A stretch of DNA of 64,000 bases from Candidatus Levyibacteriota bacterium (GCA_027459745.1 DAIDHL010000003.1:65125-129124); one strand, 5' to 3'; positions 10,635 through 20,723 are shown, numbered from the stretch's first letter. Translations and numbers: made by a program. The notes: generated from the sequence alone by a model not told the origin.

Positions 10635-11016
10635 AAAAAGAAAATGTCCAGTAAATACAAGGTAATACTAACCCTCCATTAATTTATGCTGAATGCAATT
10701 TCTTGTCTAGATCTGACAGAGCGGCAAATGGCGCCTGCCTTTCAGTACCTCCAAGAAAAGAAACTAATGCATCTCAAATACTTAGACAACATGTCGGCGT
10801 AAATGATGGAAATCCTGGATTGTTGAGAGATTTTACGGTAATGTGGCTCTCTAAGGATTCTATAAATCGTTTTTATAGCCCTCTGCAAACCAGAAGAATA
10901 TTAAATTTTATAAACCCTTAAGATCTTGCTTCTTTCATTATCTATTAAATATAAGAGTCTTCAAAATTGCTCTTGATCTATAGTATAATATATACTCAAG
11001 ATTAATTCATTCATAT

Positions 11017-11973
11017 ATGAAAATAATTCATTCTAATATTCATGCCAAACATAATCCTAAGTATGAAATATACGACGGCAAAAAAGAACCTTATGCTGAA
11101 AAAAAAGCGCGAATTGAATCAATCATCACAGCATTAAGAAATAACAACTTTAATGAGATTGTTAAGCCAAAAGAATTTTCTGCTTCACATATTACATCTT
11201 TGCATCACTCAGCATATTTTAATTTTATTGAATATCGGACAAGACATTTAAATGATGAAGAAGATTTTTATCCATCTTATTTCATAATGGACACATATAC
11301 TCCTTTGACGAAGTATACATTTATCGCTGCAAAAGAGGCTGTAGATATAGCGCTGACAGGAGCTGAGCTTATCAAGAATGGCGAGAAGTATATCTATTCG
11401 TTATGTCGTCCACCTGGACATCATGCTGAAAAGAAATCATCAGGTGGATATTGTTATTTTAATAATGCAGCCATAGCAGCTGACTATTTATCTAGTTTTG
11501 GGAAAGTTGCTATTCTTGATATAGATTTTCACCATGGCAATGGAACTCAAAACTTTTTCTATGAGCGATCTGATGTATATTACATATCCATACATGCAGA
11601 TCCATCTGTACGTTTTCCTTATATATCTGGATTTAAGAATGAAATGGGAACTGGGAAAGGAAAAGGATATACAAAAAACTATCCATTGCCCTTAAAAACG
11701 TCCGATGATGAATATAAAAAAACACTACTTAAAGCACTAAAGAATATTGACAGTTATAGTCCAAAATTTCTGCTAGTCTCAGCGGGCTTTGATACGTATG
11801 AAAAAGATCCAATAGGAGGTTTTGCGCTCACAAAAGGATTCTATAAGGAAATTGGAGAATTAATTTCTAAGTTAGAATTGCCCACGTTGGTTATACAAGA
11901 AGGTGGATATCATGTTAATGATTTGGGTTATATTGTAGTAAACTTTCTTCAGGGACTTAATTCAAACTTATAA
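11017..11973 (+). CDS. Histone-deacetylase-superfamily amidohydrolase (acetylpolyamine / acetoin-utilisation AcuC-like)
   Basis: Classic HDAC motifs PPGHHAEKKSSGGYCYFNNAA and ILDIDFHHGNGTQNFF (the Zn-binding Asp/His). Confidence 0.85.
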   Translation: MKIIHSNIHAKHNPKYEIYDGKKEPYAEKKARIESIITALRNNNFNEIVKPKEFSASHITSLHHSAYFNFIEYRTRHLNDEEDFYPSYFIMDTYTPLTKYTFIAAKEAVDIALTGAELIKNGEKYIYSLCRPPGHHAEKKSSGGYCYFNNAAIAADYLSSFGKVAILDIDFHHGNGTQNFFYERSDVYYISIHADPSVRFPYISGFKNEMGTGKGKGYTKNYPLPLKTSDDEYKKTLLKALKNIDSYSPKFLLVSAGFDTYEKDPIGGFALTKGFYKEIGELISKLELPTLVIQEGGYHVNDLGYIVVNFLQGLNSNL

Positions 11974-12161
11974 AACTTTTATACCAATCATCTTTTTAAA
12001 AGAACAATCGGAATGTGTTCAAAAATACCATTAGTACTACGTTTAGGGCTTGTAATACTTTCAAATCTACCGCCAGACCACAAAAGACCTACCTTATTCA
12101 TTCAAGAAGGTATATACAACATTGGCACTATAGAAATAACTACTTAATGAGAAATGATATT

Positions 12162-12749
12162 TTAGAATAGAGGCTCTTTATAAGTTTTGCTATTTTTGAT
12201 TTTTTCTAAAAGTGTACTCAATTCAATATTATTTGGTTCATATTTATCTACTGTCAAAACCTTAGGAACAATTGAGTCATATTTTTCATCGAAGCGTAAA
12301 AGATGTATATTTTCTTTAAAATATTTCGTTACTTTTGAGATACATATCGTATAATCGGGAAAAAATGTATATTCACGTATTTTAGAGAGATATACAGATA
12401 TACTATTTGAACTAAAATTACCCACATATTCAAGAATATCATCGTGAATTTCTGGATAAGCTACTTGTGATTTTTGCCCTTCTTTGAACTTCCGAGCAGA
12501 AAACATGGTAACTAAGTTTATCGGTCGATCGTTATAAATGTAATAGTTATTCAAGCTTGGTTGTAATCTAGAAGAATAAGAATCTTTCAATATGTTACTT
12601 ATGATAAATTTTAAACTGCTTCTAGTTAGCTCTGTTTCACTTCTTTCTTCTGGATTAAGCAAAGCTACTGGCATTTCTTGTATGTGAAGTGATCGCAATT
12701 TACTTAATTTATCAGTCGGAAACTCATTTCCCTGAAACTGTTCAACCAT
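12162..12749 (-). CDS. Hypothetical protein
   Basis: 195-aa ORF with good coding texture and no recognisable motif. Divergent from the 13218 gene across a 470-bp AT-rich intergenic region. Confidence 0.4.
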   Translation of the reverse strand: MVEQFQGNEFPTDKLSKLRSLHIQEMPVALLNPEERSETELTRSSLKFIISNILKDSYSSRLQPSLNNYYIYNDRPINLVTMFSARKFKEGQKSQVAYPEIHDDILEYVGNFSSNSISVYLSKIREYTFFPDYTICISKVTKYFKENIHLLRFDEKYDSIVPKVLTVDKYEPNNIELSTLLEKIKNSKTYKEPLF

Positions 12750-13217
12750 ATTTGAAAGCAGTAACTTACTATCTCATAAGATTACGGGTTAAACCATGAC
12801 AGTAATGTCAAAATATCTGACATACAAATCAATGAATAATGGGCACTAATTGAAAATCTAATAAAGAGTTTTATAAAAACAAAAAAACATTTAGATAAAT
12901 GCAATGACAAAATTGTTCTATTCGAATAAAATACAATTTTTTTTCTATTCTCTATAGATCTTATGCGTCTTGGGTACTGTCTAATTATTTTTATTAAGAT
13001 ATTTTCTCCAACTTATTAAAAAAATATTATCAACCATAAAGATATAAGAAAACTTCTATGTCAACCTTGTAAAAAAAGACAAACTATACAAAATCAAAAT
13101 AAAGTATTTAACGAACTTAAAATTTACTATGGTCAATTAAATAAACATTTAAAACATATCCATTTTCCTGACATGTTTGTCATGTACTAGGATAGTTTTA
13201 TTAAATATAGTGATAAC

Positions 13218-13814
13218 ATGCATGCGTTAAAGACTGCCAATAACTCTGTTTGGGAACCGAAAACTATTCGTCAAATCGAAATCTTCAGTGATAAAAAAGA
13301 AAAGTTGGTACTAGAAAGTTTTCGTTTACCAAATGGAGAAGAGGTTGATACTATCGTGTCATATGTTACTCCTTATGTGGTAGTAATTCCTATCATTGAC
13401 AAAAAAAGAATTATGCTTCGAGAAAGGTATGCTATGGGTGTAAGGTCTACAGTTTATAGCTTTATATCAGGATTTATGGAAAAAAATGAGAACATATATG
13501 ATACTGCAAAAAGAATCTTATTAAACAAAATTGGCTTAAAAAATAAAAATCTAATATATTTAACTTCAATTTACGAAAACGCAAATACCTCTCGGAATCC
13601 TTACCATGTATTTATTGCAGATATTACCAGTCAGGATTTTGAAAATAAGAGAATTATTAAATATCAAATTAACGAGAAAATATTAGATATAAATACATTG
13701 TTATCTGACACAATATTGGATAAGTTCAAAAGTTCGGCCACTATAGGAATAATTCCCTTTGTTTTGAATTATTATCAAAACATGCGTAAAATAACCAACT
13801 ACACTCTTATTTAA
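13218..13814 (+). CDS. Hypothetical protein, possibly a degenerate Nudix-fold protein
   Basis: GFMEKNENIYDTAKRILLNKIGL loosely fits the Nudix box Gx5Ex7R..., but the catalytic Glu residues are not conserved. Confidence 0.3.
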   Translation: MHALKTANNSVWEPKTIRQIEIFSDKKEKLVLESFRLPNGEEVDTIVSYVTPYVVVIPIIDKKRIMLRERYAMGVRSTVYSFISGFMEKNENIYDTAKRILLNKIGLKNKNLIYLTSIYENANTSRNPYHVFIADITSQDFENKRIIKYQINEKILDINTLLSDTILDKFKSSATIGIIPFVLNYYQNMRKITNYTLI

Positions 13815-13843
13815 AGCAAGAATCGTGAATGAATTCCTAGAAC

Positions 13844-15049
13844 TTAGTGTATTGAAGACAACAGCCCATAAATAGGTGTAATAATAGAAATAATTAGAAA
13901 ACCTACTGACACGCCCAAGACAACTAATATAATTGGTTCAATAGCTGAAGTCAAAGCTTTAACTGAATGGCTTACTTCTCGTTCGTAATATTCTGAAACA
14001 CGCAACAATGATTCTTCAAGTTTACCAGACTGTTCTCCAATCTTAGTCATTTCTACCAACATAGAAGGAAAAACTTCATTTGCGTCCATAGCATCACCAA
14101 TTGTAACCCCTTTTTCTACTCTTTTAGCTACATCTAGCACCGCATCTTTATAATATGCATTTCCCACTGTCTCAGCACATTGCTTCAAAGAGTCAATAAC
14201 TAGCCCCCCTGTACCAACTAACAAACCAAATGTCCTGGCAAATTCAATTAACACAGATTGTGACATTAACTTGCCAATCAAAGGAATTTTAATAATATTT
14301 TGATCAATTAATAATCTTCCTCGAACTGTGCTGTACCAACGTCTATATAAAAATATTCCAAAAACTAAAGCTAAAATTATTACAGGTAAACCAGATATAA
14401 ATCCGTTAGATAACGCAATCACAAATTGAGTCATGATGGGTAACTGAATATTCATGCTCGCATAAAGCGTAGAAAGTTGTGGAACGACAAAAACAAGCAT
14501 AACTGAAATAACCACAATCATTAAGATGATGATAATAACTGGATAAATAAGAGCAGCACGAATATCATCTTTGATTTGTTTGGATTTTTCTAAGTTACTT
14601 GCCAAGCGAGTTAAAACCTTGTCGAGCAGACCTGATTTTTCTCCCGCTCTAACCATCGAAACATAAATTGACGAAAACATTTTAGGATAGTTCGACAATG
14701 CCTGAGCGAACGAATGTCCATCTTGGACTTCGCTTACAATACCTTGAATCACTTCTGACATATATTGATTGCGTGTCTGATTGCGCAGCACTTGTAATGC
14801 TTGCATTAAATTTAAGCCAGACTCCAACATAGAAGACATTTGCGTAGTAAAAAAAATTAAGTCTCCTGTTGAGCTCCTACTAAAAAAGGGTAAAAAAGTG
14901 GAAAATTGACTCTTACCTTCTTCTTCAATCCTAATGGGATAAATATCATGTATACGTAAATATCTAGCTGCTTCAGCCTTATCATTGGCAACCACGCGGC
15001 CATGGACAACATCACCTTTTAAATTAATTGCTTTGTAATAGAGCTCCAT
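13844..15049 (-). CDS. pilC: Type IV pilus assembly platform protein PilC (GspF family)
   Basis: Two T2SSF-type repeats and three TM segments (IYPVIIIILMIVVISVML...). Sits immediately downstream of pilT and pilB in the same orientation. Confidence 0.85.
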   Translation of the reverse strand: MELYYKAINLKGDVVHGRVVANDKAEAARYLRIHDIYPIRIEEEGKSQFSTFLPFFSRSSTGDLIFFTTQMSSMLESGLNLMQALQVLRNQTRNQYMSEVIQGIVSEVQDGHSFAQALSNYPKMFSSIYVSMVRAGEKSGLLDKVLTRLASNLEKSKQIKDDIRAALIYPVIIIILMIVVISVMLVFVVPQLSTLYASMNIQLPIMTQFVIALSNGFISGLPVIILALVFGIFLYRRWYSTVRGRLLIDQNIIKIPLIGKLMSQSVLIEFARTFGLLVGTGGLVIDSLKQCAETVGNAYYKDAVLDVAKRVEKGVTIGDAMDANEVFPSMLVEMTKIGEQSGKLEESLLRVSEYYEREVSHSVKALTSAIEPIILVVLGVSVGFLIISIITPIYGLLSSIH

Positions 15050-15053
15050 ATTC

Positions 15054-16121
15054 TTATCCGACCATTCTCACAAGCTCATCCTGTCGAAGGGCAAAACCTC
15101 TTGCGACGTCCAGCGTAACAATACCGGACAAAACTAATTTGGCCAAAGAATCTTCCATAGTTACCATACCTTTATCGCGGGAAGTTTGGATTACGGAATC
15201 AATTAAGTGCGCTTTTCCTTCACGAATATTACTAGCTACAGCGTCTGTGTTAAAGAGTATTTCAATCGCCGGAACACGGCCGCTATTAATTCTGGGCACT
15301 AATCGTTGCGATACAATTCCCTGTAAGGTTGCAGCTAATTGGGTACGAACCTGAGTACGCTGAAACTCAGAAAAAGAATCTACAATTCGGTCAATAGTCT
15401 GAGAGGCTGAATTAGTATGTAAAGTTGCAAAGACCAAATGCCCTGTTTCTGCTACCGTCATAGCAGCTTGCATAGTTTCTGGATCACGCATCTCTCCAAT
15501 TAAAACGACATCAGGATCTTCACGCAAGGATGCACGTAAAGCCATAGCCCAAGAATGAGTATCAACTGCAATTTCGCGCTGAGAAATCAAACTTGCTCCT
15601 TTGGGATAGACATACTCAATCGGATCTTCAATAGTCAAAATATGACATGCTCTTTGCATATTAATCATATTAATCAATGATGCCAAAGTAGTTGATTTAC
15701 CCTGACCGGTGGGTCCTACAACTAAAACAAAACCCTGACGCATTTTGGTAAAAGCTTCCAGTGAATTAGGTAAATTCAAATCCTTTAATGATTTAATCAT
15801 GGGGGGCAAGAACCTAAAAGCAGCTGACAAATATCCCCGTTGAAAATAGGCATTGATACGAAATCTACCCAGCAAGCCATAGGCACCACCACCAAAGCCA
15901 AATGAAAAATCCAATTCCTTGTTAGTATTCAATAACTCTTTCTGTTCGGGAGTCAACACTGAGTAAACCATAGATTCTATGTCGGTATATGTAAGGGCCT
16001 GATAGTTAGTAAGATGTCTAAGAGTGCCGTCAATACGAATCACAGGAGGAACATCTACCAACAGATGTAGATCAGAAGCATTAGCTTTAATCACTATCTC
16101 TAATAATTCTTTTAATTCCAT
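15054..16121 (-). CDS. pilT: Twitching-motility retraction ATPase PilT
   Basis: Walker A GPTGQGKSTT, Asp box and His box HLVFATLHTNSA, and the AIRNLIREGK-like motif. Confidence 0.9.
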   Translation of the reverse strand: MELKELLEIVIKANASDLHLLVDVPPVIRIDGTLRHLTNYQALTYTDIESMVYSVLTPEQKELLNTNKELDFSFGFGGGAYGLLGRFRINAYFQRGYLSAAFRFLPPMIKSLKDLNLPNSLEAFTKMRQGFVLVVGPTGQGKSTTLASLINMINMQRACHILTIEDPIEYVYPKGASLISQREIAVDTHSWAMALRASLREDPDVVLIGEMRDPETMQAAMTVAETGHLVFATLHTNSASQTIDRIVDSFSEFQRTQVRTQLAATLQGIVSQRLVPRINSGRVPAIEILFNTDAVASNIREGKAHLIDSVIQTSRDKGMVTMEDSLAKLVLSGIVTLDVARGFALRQDELVRMVG

Positions 16122-16144
16122 ATTTATTATTTATTCCATAAATA

Positions 16145-17938
16145 CTACTCTTGCGCAACACGTAGTACCTCTTCTATTGTCGTCAAACCAGCCAAAACTT
16201 TTAAGTACCCATCTTGTTTCATAGTTATCATGCCATCTTTTATGGCTTGCCGCTCGACTTCGGAAGTCACAGCTTTTTGCATGACTAAACGAATAATTGC
16301 ATCAGTAGCAATAAGGACTTCGTAGATACCAATTCGGCCTAGATATCCAGACATTCCGCATTGAGTACATCCTTTGCCCTTGGATAACATAACTTCGCCA
16401 GTCTTTTGTGGATATAAATTACCTAAAACAGACTTCATTTCTTCTACTAACTGAACCGGAGGAGTGTACTGCATTTTACAGATATTGCAAATTTTTCTTA
16501 CAATACGCTGGCCAATTATGGCATTTATAGTCGAACCTAAAAGAAAAGTTTCGGCGCCTAAATCTGTTAAACGCGGCAATGCACCTGCAGCATTTGAAGT
16601 ATGTAAGGTAGAGAAGACTAGATGGCCAGTTAAAGCCGCCTGCATGGCCAAATCAGTGGTTTCTTGATCACGAATTTCTCCCACTAAGATAATGTTGGGA
16701 TCCTGACGTAAAAATGATCGCAAACCGGATGAGAAGGTAAGTCCGGCAGCAGGATTAATTTGTACCTGATTGACGCCCGGAATTTGATATTCAACCGGAT
16801 CTTCCAATGACATAATATTAACTCTCGTGCTATTTAATCTGGCCAAAACTGAATAGAGCGTCGTCGTTTTCCCCGAACCAGTAGGACCGCAAACCAATAC
16901 TATACCATGAGGTTTCATCATGGCTGATTCTAAATTTCGCAAAGAACTGCCTGTCAAACCCAATTCAGGCAATGTGGGAATCCCTCCTGACTTACGCAAC
17001 AAACGCATAACAATTTTTTCACCCCAAACGGTGGGTACAGTGCTTATACGTAAATCAACTTCTTGAGAACCGGTTTTAAAGTTAAATCTACCATCCTGAG
17101 GTGTACGATGTTCATCAATTTTCATTTCCGACAAAATCTTAATGCGCGAAATTAAAGACTCCTGGACATTTTTAGGTAAAGAGAGCTTGTCATATAAGAT
17201 TCCATCAATGCGATAACGAACACGCAAACGATCTTCTAAGGGCTCAATATGTACATCCGAAGCTCGACTTGTTACAGCATATTCCAGAATAGTAGATACA
17301 ATTTTGGCAATCGGCGCTTCCTTAATAATTTGAGCGATTTGACTAGAATCAACTGTTTTTTTATTGGAATACTGCTCCGACTCCTTAATTGCTTCTCCTA
17401 CTTCACCAACCAATTGTTGTCTATACTGTTCTTCAATTGCATCATCAACTTCCGACGGAACAGAAGCAAAAGTTTTAATGTTTAAGCCAGTTTTTTGCCT
17501 AATGAAGGATACAGCATCTAAATCTATGGGGTTTGCCATGGCAACAGACAACGTTTTAGTTTTATCTTCATATAGAAAAGGAATTAGGTGAAATTTTTCC
17601 ACAACAGCTCTAGACAAAAAACTTATAGCTTGGGGAGAAAAGGATGTACTTGTTAACGAAATAAATGGCACTCCAAGCAGCTTTGCCTTGGCTTCAGATA
17701 TTTTTTCTTCATTAGCCAGATGACTATCTAGTAGAATAACATCGGCTGATGTGTTTGAAGAAAGGCTTTTAATTCTTACTTCTTCCGCTTGTTGAGGGTT
17801 TATAACGCCTTCTTGCAGCAACACATTCAACAGTCCAGCCGCATCATTACTTAATTGTGAATTAGCTTGTCTTGGTTGATCTGTCACTACTGTCTGATTA
17901 TCTGTTGTACTGTTAAAATTAGCTACTATATCGGGCAT
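16145..17938 (-). CDS. pilB: Type IV pilus assembly ATPase PilB (GspE family)
   Basis: Walker A GPTGSGKTTTLYS, His box GHLVFSTLHT, and the tetracysteine motif CNICK...CTQCG. An N-terminal GSPII-type domain is present. Confidence 0.9.
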   Translation of the reverse strand: MPDIVANFNSTTDNQTVVTDQPRQANSQLSNDAAGLLNVLLQEGVINPQQAEEVRIKSLSSNTSADVILLDSHLANEEKISEAKAKLLGVPFISLTSTSFSPQAISFLSRAVVEKFHLIPFLYEDKTKTLSVAMANPIDLDAVSFIRQKTGLNIKTFASVPSEVDDAIEEQYRQQLVGEVGEAIKESEQYSNKKTVDSSQIAQIIKEAPIAKIVSTILEYAVTSRASDVHIEPLEDRLRVRYRIDGILYDKLSLPKNVQESLISRIKILSEMKIDEHRTPQDGRFNFKTGSQEVDLRISTVPTVWGEKIVMRLLRKSGGIPTLPELGLTGSSLRNLESAMMKPHGIVLVCGPTGSGKTTTLYSVLARLNSTRVNIMSLEDPVEYQIPGVNQVQINPAAGLTFSSGLRSFLRQDPNIILVGEIRDQETTDLAMQAALTGHLVFSTLHTSNAAGALPRLTDLGAETFLLGSTINAIIGQRIVRKICNICKMQYTPPVQLVEEMKSVLGNLYPQKTGEVMLSKGKGCTQCGMSGYLGRIGIYEVLIATDAIIRLVMQKAVTSEVERQAIKDGMITMKQDGYLKVLAGLTTIEEVLRVAQE

Positions 17939-18023
17939 TATATTTATGATACTTTAGTCCAGCTTTAGTGTCAATTAAATCAAGATAAATCTAGAGGCAT
18001 TTGAGGTACGCCACAATTCGAAG

Positions 18024-18959
18024 CTAATAGATGCAAGGCGTATACAACCAAGTACCATTTTTATATATTCTAGAAGGAGCACAGGTTGGTCTGCGATAAT
18101 ATATTACAGAAGGTGTTGGAGGAGGCATAGTTGGGGTAAACATCATACTTGGGGTAGGTGTTTGGTTGGCAAGCATTTTAGATTTCACCTTCCAAGAAGT
18201 AGGAAGGACATTTTGAGACCAACTACCAGAACTATATACACTAATAGTGTATCCGACTGCATTAGAAATTACAAAATCATTTTGAAAAGGATGCTGCAAA
18301 GTATATTTTGTATAGACAGGAGTATCACCAGTCCCATCAATTAATTCATCTACTTCAGCTGATTTTACATTAAATCCTGATTGATATAGACTATACATAA
18401 TATCGCTAGCTTTTGTACCAGGCTCTACTACGGGTAAACCAATTAAATTATAACCTGCTACCAATTTTTCTACTATTGGTGCTTCATCTAAAATACCCGA
18501 TACTTCAATCGTACCTGAAACATCTGATTTAAAAGCATAACCATAACCGGGAACTAATGGAAAATTTTTGCCAGAATACCCTATTTGGTCTACATTATCC
18601 AGCATTGCTGAAGGAGCCCACTGACTACCAATTAATCCAATAATCTCGCTATATCCGCTATTATTATTCACATGATTTGATGCCAAGATGTCATAAGCCA
18701 TCATATTAATAGGCTTACCGATTTTAGCAGCAATATCAGCTGGTAAGGCAAAAGGAAATGAATACATGTTCCAACCTTTTTTGACCATATAGTTGATAGT
18801 TATATTTTTATAAACTGGTTGTGTAGAGGCATGACTTTGAGTGTTAAGTTGCATATTCGAACTGAAAACGTAGGCTATACCCGACACACCCATTACTAAT
18901 GCCAATAACAGCATCAGAGATAGAGAAACTAAAGGAGCTCGAGATTTATTTCTAGCCAT
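18024..18959 (-). CDS. Membrane-anchored or secreted protein of unknown function; first gene of the pilB-pilT-pilC cluster
   Basis: N-terminal TM or signal sequence LVSLSLMLLLALVMGV. The C-terminus is Pro/Thr-rich with 2 Cys. Confidence 0.45.
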   Translation of the reverse strand: MARNKSRAPLVSLSLMLLLALVMGVSGIAYVFSSNMQLNTQSHASTQPVYKNITINYMVKKGWNMYSFPFALPADIAAKIGKPINMMAYDILASNHVNNNSGYSEIIGLIGSQWAPSAMLDNVDQIGYSGKNFPLVPGYGYAFKSDVSGTIEVSGILDEAPIVEKLVAGYNLIGLPVVEPGTKASDIMYSLYQSGFNVKSAEVDELIDGTGDTPVYTKYTLQHPFQNDFVISNAVGYTISVYSSGSWSQNVLPTSWKVKSKMLANQTPTPSMMFTPTMPPPTPSVIYYRRPTCAPSRIYKNGTWLYTPCIY

Positions 18960-19058
18960 ATATTTTTATATTAGATCAGCTTGTAAATTATTGTCAACGA
19001 TCTCTTTATGTATCAATGGAAGCTGAAGTTGAATCTTACATTTCGTTAATTAGATCTC

Positions 19059-19790
19059 TTGGAGGCTTACTTATTTGAGATAAATTTTGCAAATATTAAA
19101 GCTTGTTTTATTACCTCTGTTATAATTGTTTCGAATATGGTCAGCTATATTTACATTAGTACAATGTTACAAACAGGTATAGATAGAATAAAGGAGCAGA
19201 CCAATCAACTGAATATTGCTCCCATTGATCTAGTGAATCTGGAATTGGAAACAGGCGACAAAGCAACAACTTCGATTGGAATTGCAGAAATAAAAAGATT
19301 AATGCAAAAAATTTATTTAAAACCTTTGCAGAGTCCAGATAAGGCAATCATTATTAAAGACGCTCAAACGCTCACTCCAGAAGCCCAAAACGCTTTGCTC
19401 AAAGTACTTGAAGAACCTCCAGCTCATACATATATATATCTATTAACTACCAACCTAAATTCTATTTTATCGACCATTCAATCCCGCTGTTCAATCATTA
19501 ATTTAGAACTAGAGCGACGACCACAAGAAGACACAAGGATTATTATTCCAGACGCCATAGGAGACAAACTAGTGTTGGCAGAAAAGTATGGCAAACAAAA
19601 AGCCACAGCAATATCTTTTTTACAAAACTTATTAATTACTTACCATCACAGGCTACATACAGAAGCTAAGAAAAAACATATACTAGGGGCAATCCTGGAA
19701 ACAGAAAAAAGCTTGAAGCTTTTGCAGTCCACAAATGTCAATCCAAGATTAACTCTGGAACATGTATTACTTACCTGCATAACTGAATAA
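19059..19790 (+). CDS. holB: DNA polymerase III delta-prime-like subunit (HolB), reduced form without a Walker A
   Basis: KDAQTLTPEAQNALLKVLEEPP...IQSRC is the delta-prime sensor-2/SRC motif region. The true start is probably the internal Met near 19126. Confidence 0.55.
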   Translation: MEAYLFEINFANIKACFITSVIIVSNMVSYIYISTMLQTGIDRIKEQTNQLNIAPIDLVNLELETGDKATTSIGIAEIKRLMQKIYLKPLQSPDKAIIIKDAQTLTPEAQNALLKVLEEPPAHTYIYLLTTNLNSILSTIQSRCSIINLELERRPQEDTRIIIPDAIGDKLVLAEKYGKQKATAISFLQNLLITYHHRLHTEAKKKHILGAILETEKSLKLLQSTNVNPRLTLEHVLLTCITE

Positions 19791-19796
19791 CATTCC

Positions 19797-20165
19797 TCAA
19801 TATCCAAAAAATTGTTTCTTTAGCGCCAACCATGTTTTACCCCAAAATCCAGAACTCTTGAATTTATATTGAAATTCACGATACTTTTTTCGTTTTTTTG
19901 CATCTTCAGTCCCTGGTAATGGAGGATCAATCCAACATGACAAAACTATCCATTCTTGCTTTTCATTTTTTTTGGCGATGACGGTCACTTGAGATTTACC
20001 AAACCTACGACGATATTCTATGGTTCCTTTTTGTTTACCCGGCAAAGAGAACTCAGGCGATGAAAAAGTTTTTCCCGCCATTTCTTGTGTAAATCCACGT
20101 TGACTTAGTCGTTGAAGTGCATGATTTGTCCAAACTGCTCCGGCAAATATTCGTTGCGTGTTCAT
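19797..20165 (-). CDS. Hypothetical basic protein
   Basis: 122-aa ORF. N-terminal HALQRLSQRG weakly recalls the DUF4258 family; not confirmed. Confidence 0.35.
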   Translation of the reverse strand: MNTQRIFAGAVWTNHALQRLSQRGFTQEMAGKTFSSPEFSLPGKQKGTIEYRRRFGKSQVTVIAKKNEKQEWIVLSCWIDPPLPGTEDAKKRKKYREFQYKFKSSGFWGKTWLALKKQFFGY

Positions 20166-20221
20166 GACGATATTGTATCACTATAGATACATAATTGATT
20201 AATATTTAACTGATGGTTTAT

Positions 20222-20655
20222 TTAAAATGGCAATTTAGGGACTTGAGGTAAGTCATATGCAAAAATAACATCTATAGCTTTTCGAACAACTCTTAATTCT
20301 GCTGTTTTAACTCTCTTTACAGATGTATCTAGCATTTCTGCAATTTGTGGATAACTAAAGGGCCTTCCGCTATCTGATAATGGTACATTATGATCTAAAA
20401 ATCTAAACCTAAATGCTGCCACCTCTGGATCACAATTTGTTCTAGGGTTGTTTTTTCTTTTAAGGTTTGTAAAAATAATGAATATCCATCTTCATTTTCA
20501 TCGTAAATACTAGCAGCATGGTAAACTATTCCCATTTTAAACTCATGAAGAAGAGTTCTTATGCCTCTTGGTTTGTCTGTATCTGGAGAGAAAACTTCAA
20601 TTTCTTCAGCTGTATCAAATTCTTTAGATTTCATAAAAGCATTACATTCTATCAT
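20222..20655 (-). pseudogene. Two overlapping ORFs in different frames that may be one frameshifted gene encoding a sigma-70 region-4-like HTH protein
   Basis: The downstream fragment carries SYPQIAEMLDTSVKRVKTAELRVVRKAI, a region-4/LuxR-like helix-turn-helix. The frames overlap at 20395-20422 next to an A5 homopolymer. Confidence 0.3.
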
Positions 20656-20694
20656 AAACCTATAATAATTTCTGATCCATTTATTTACTACGGC

Positions 20695-20723
20695 TTGAAA
20701 ATGCGAAAAATACTCGCTATAAT
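20695..20723 (+). promoter_or_regulatory. Sigma70-type promoter of gyrB (TTGAAA-17 nt-TATAAT); the ATG starts 10 nt after the -10
   Basis: Read directly: -35 at 20695-20700, -10 at 20718-20723. No Shine-Dalgarno sequence precedes the ATG at 20734, so the transcript is near-leaderless. Confidence 0.45.

Noticed and set aside
10703-10921. 72-aa plus-strand ORF in the GC-richer segment
   Set aside because: No start context, no motif, and composition unlike neighbouring genes. It is more likely noncoding (see finding).
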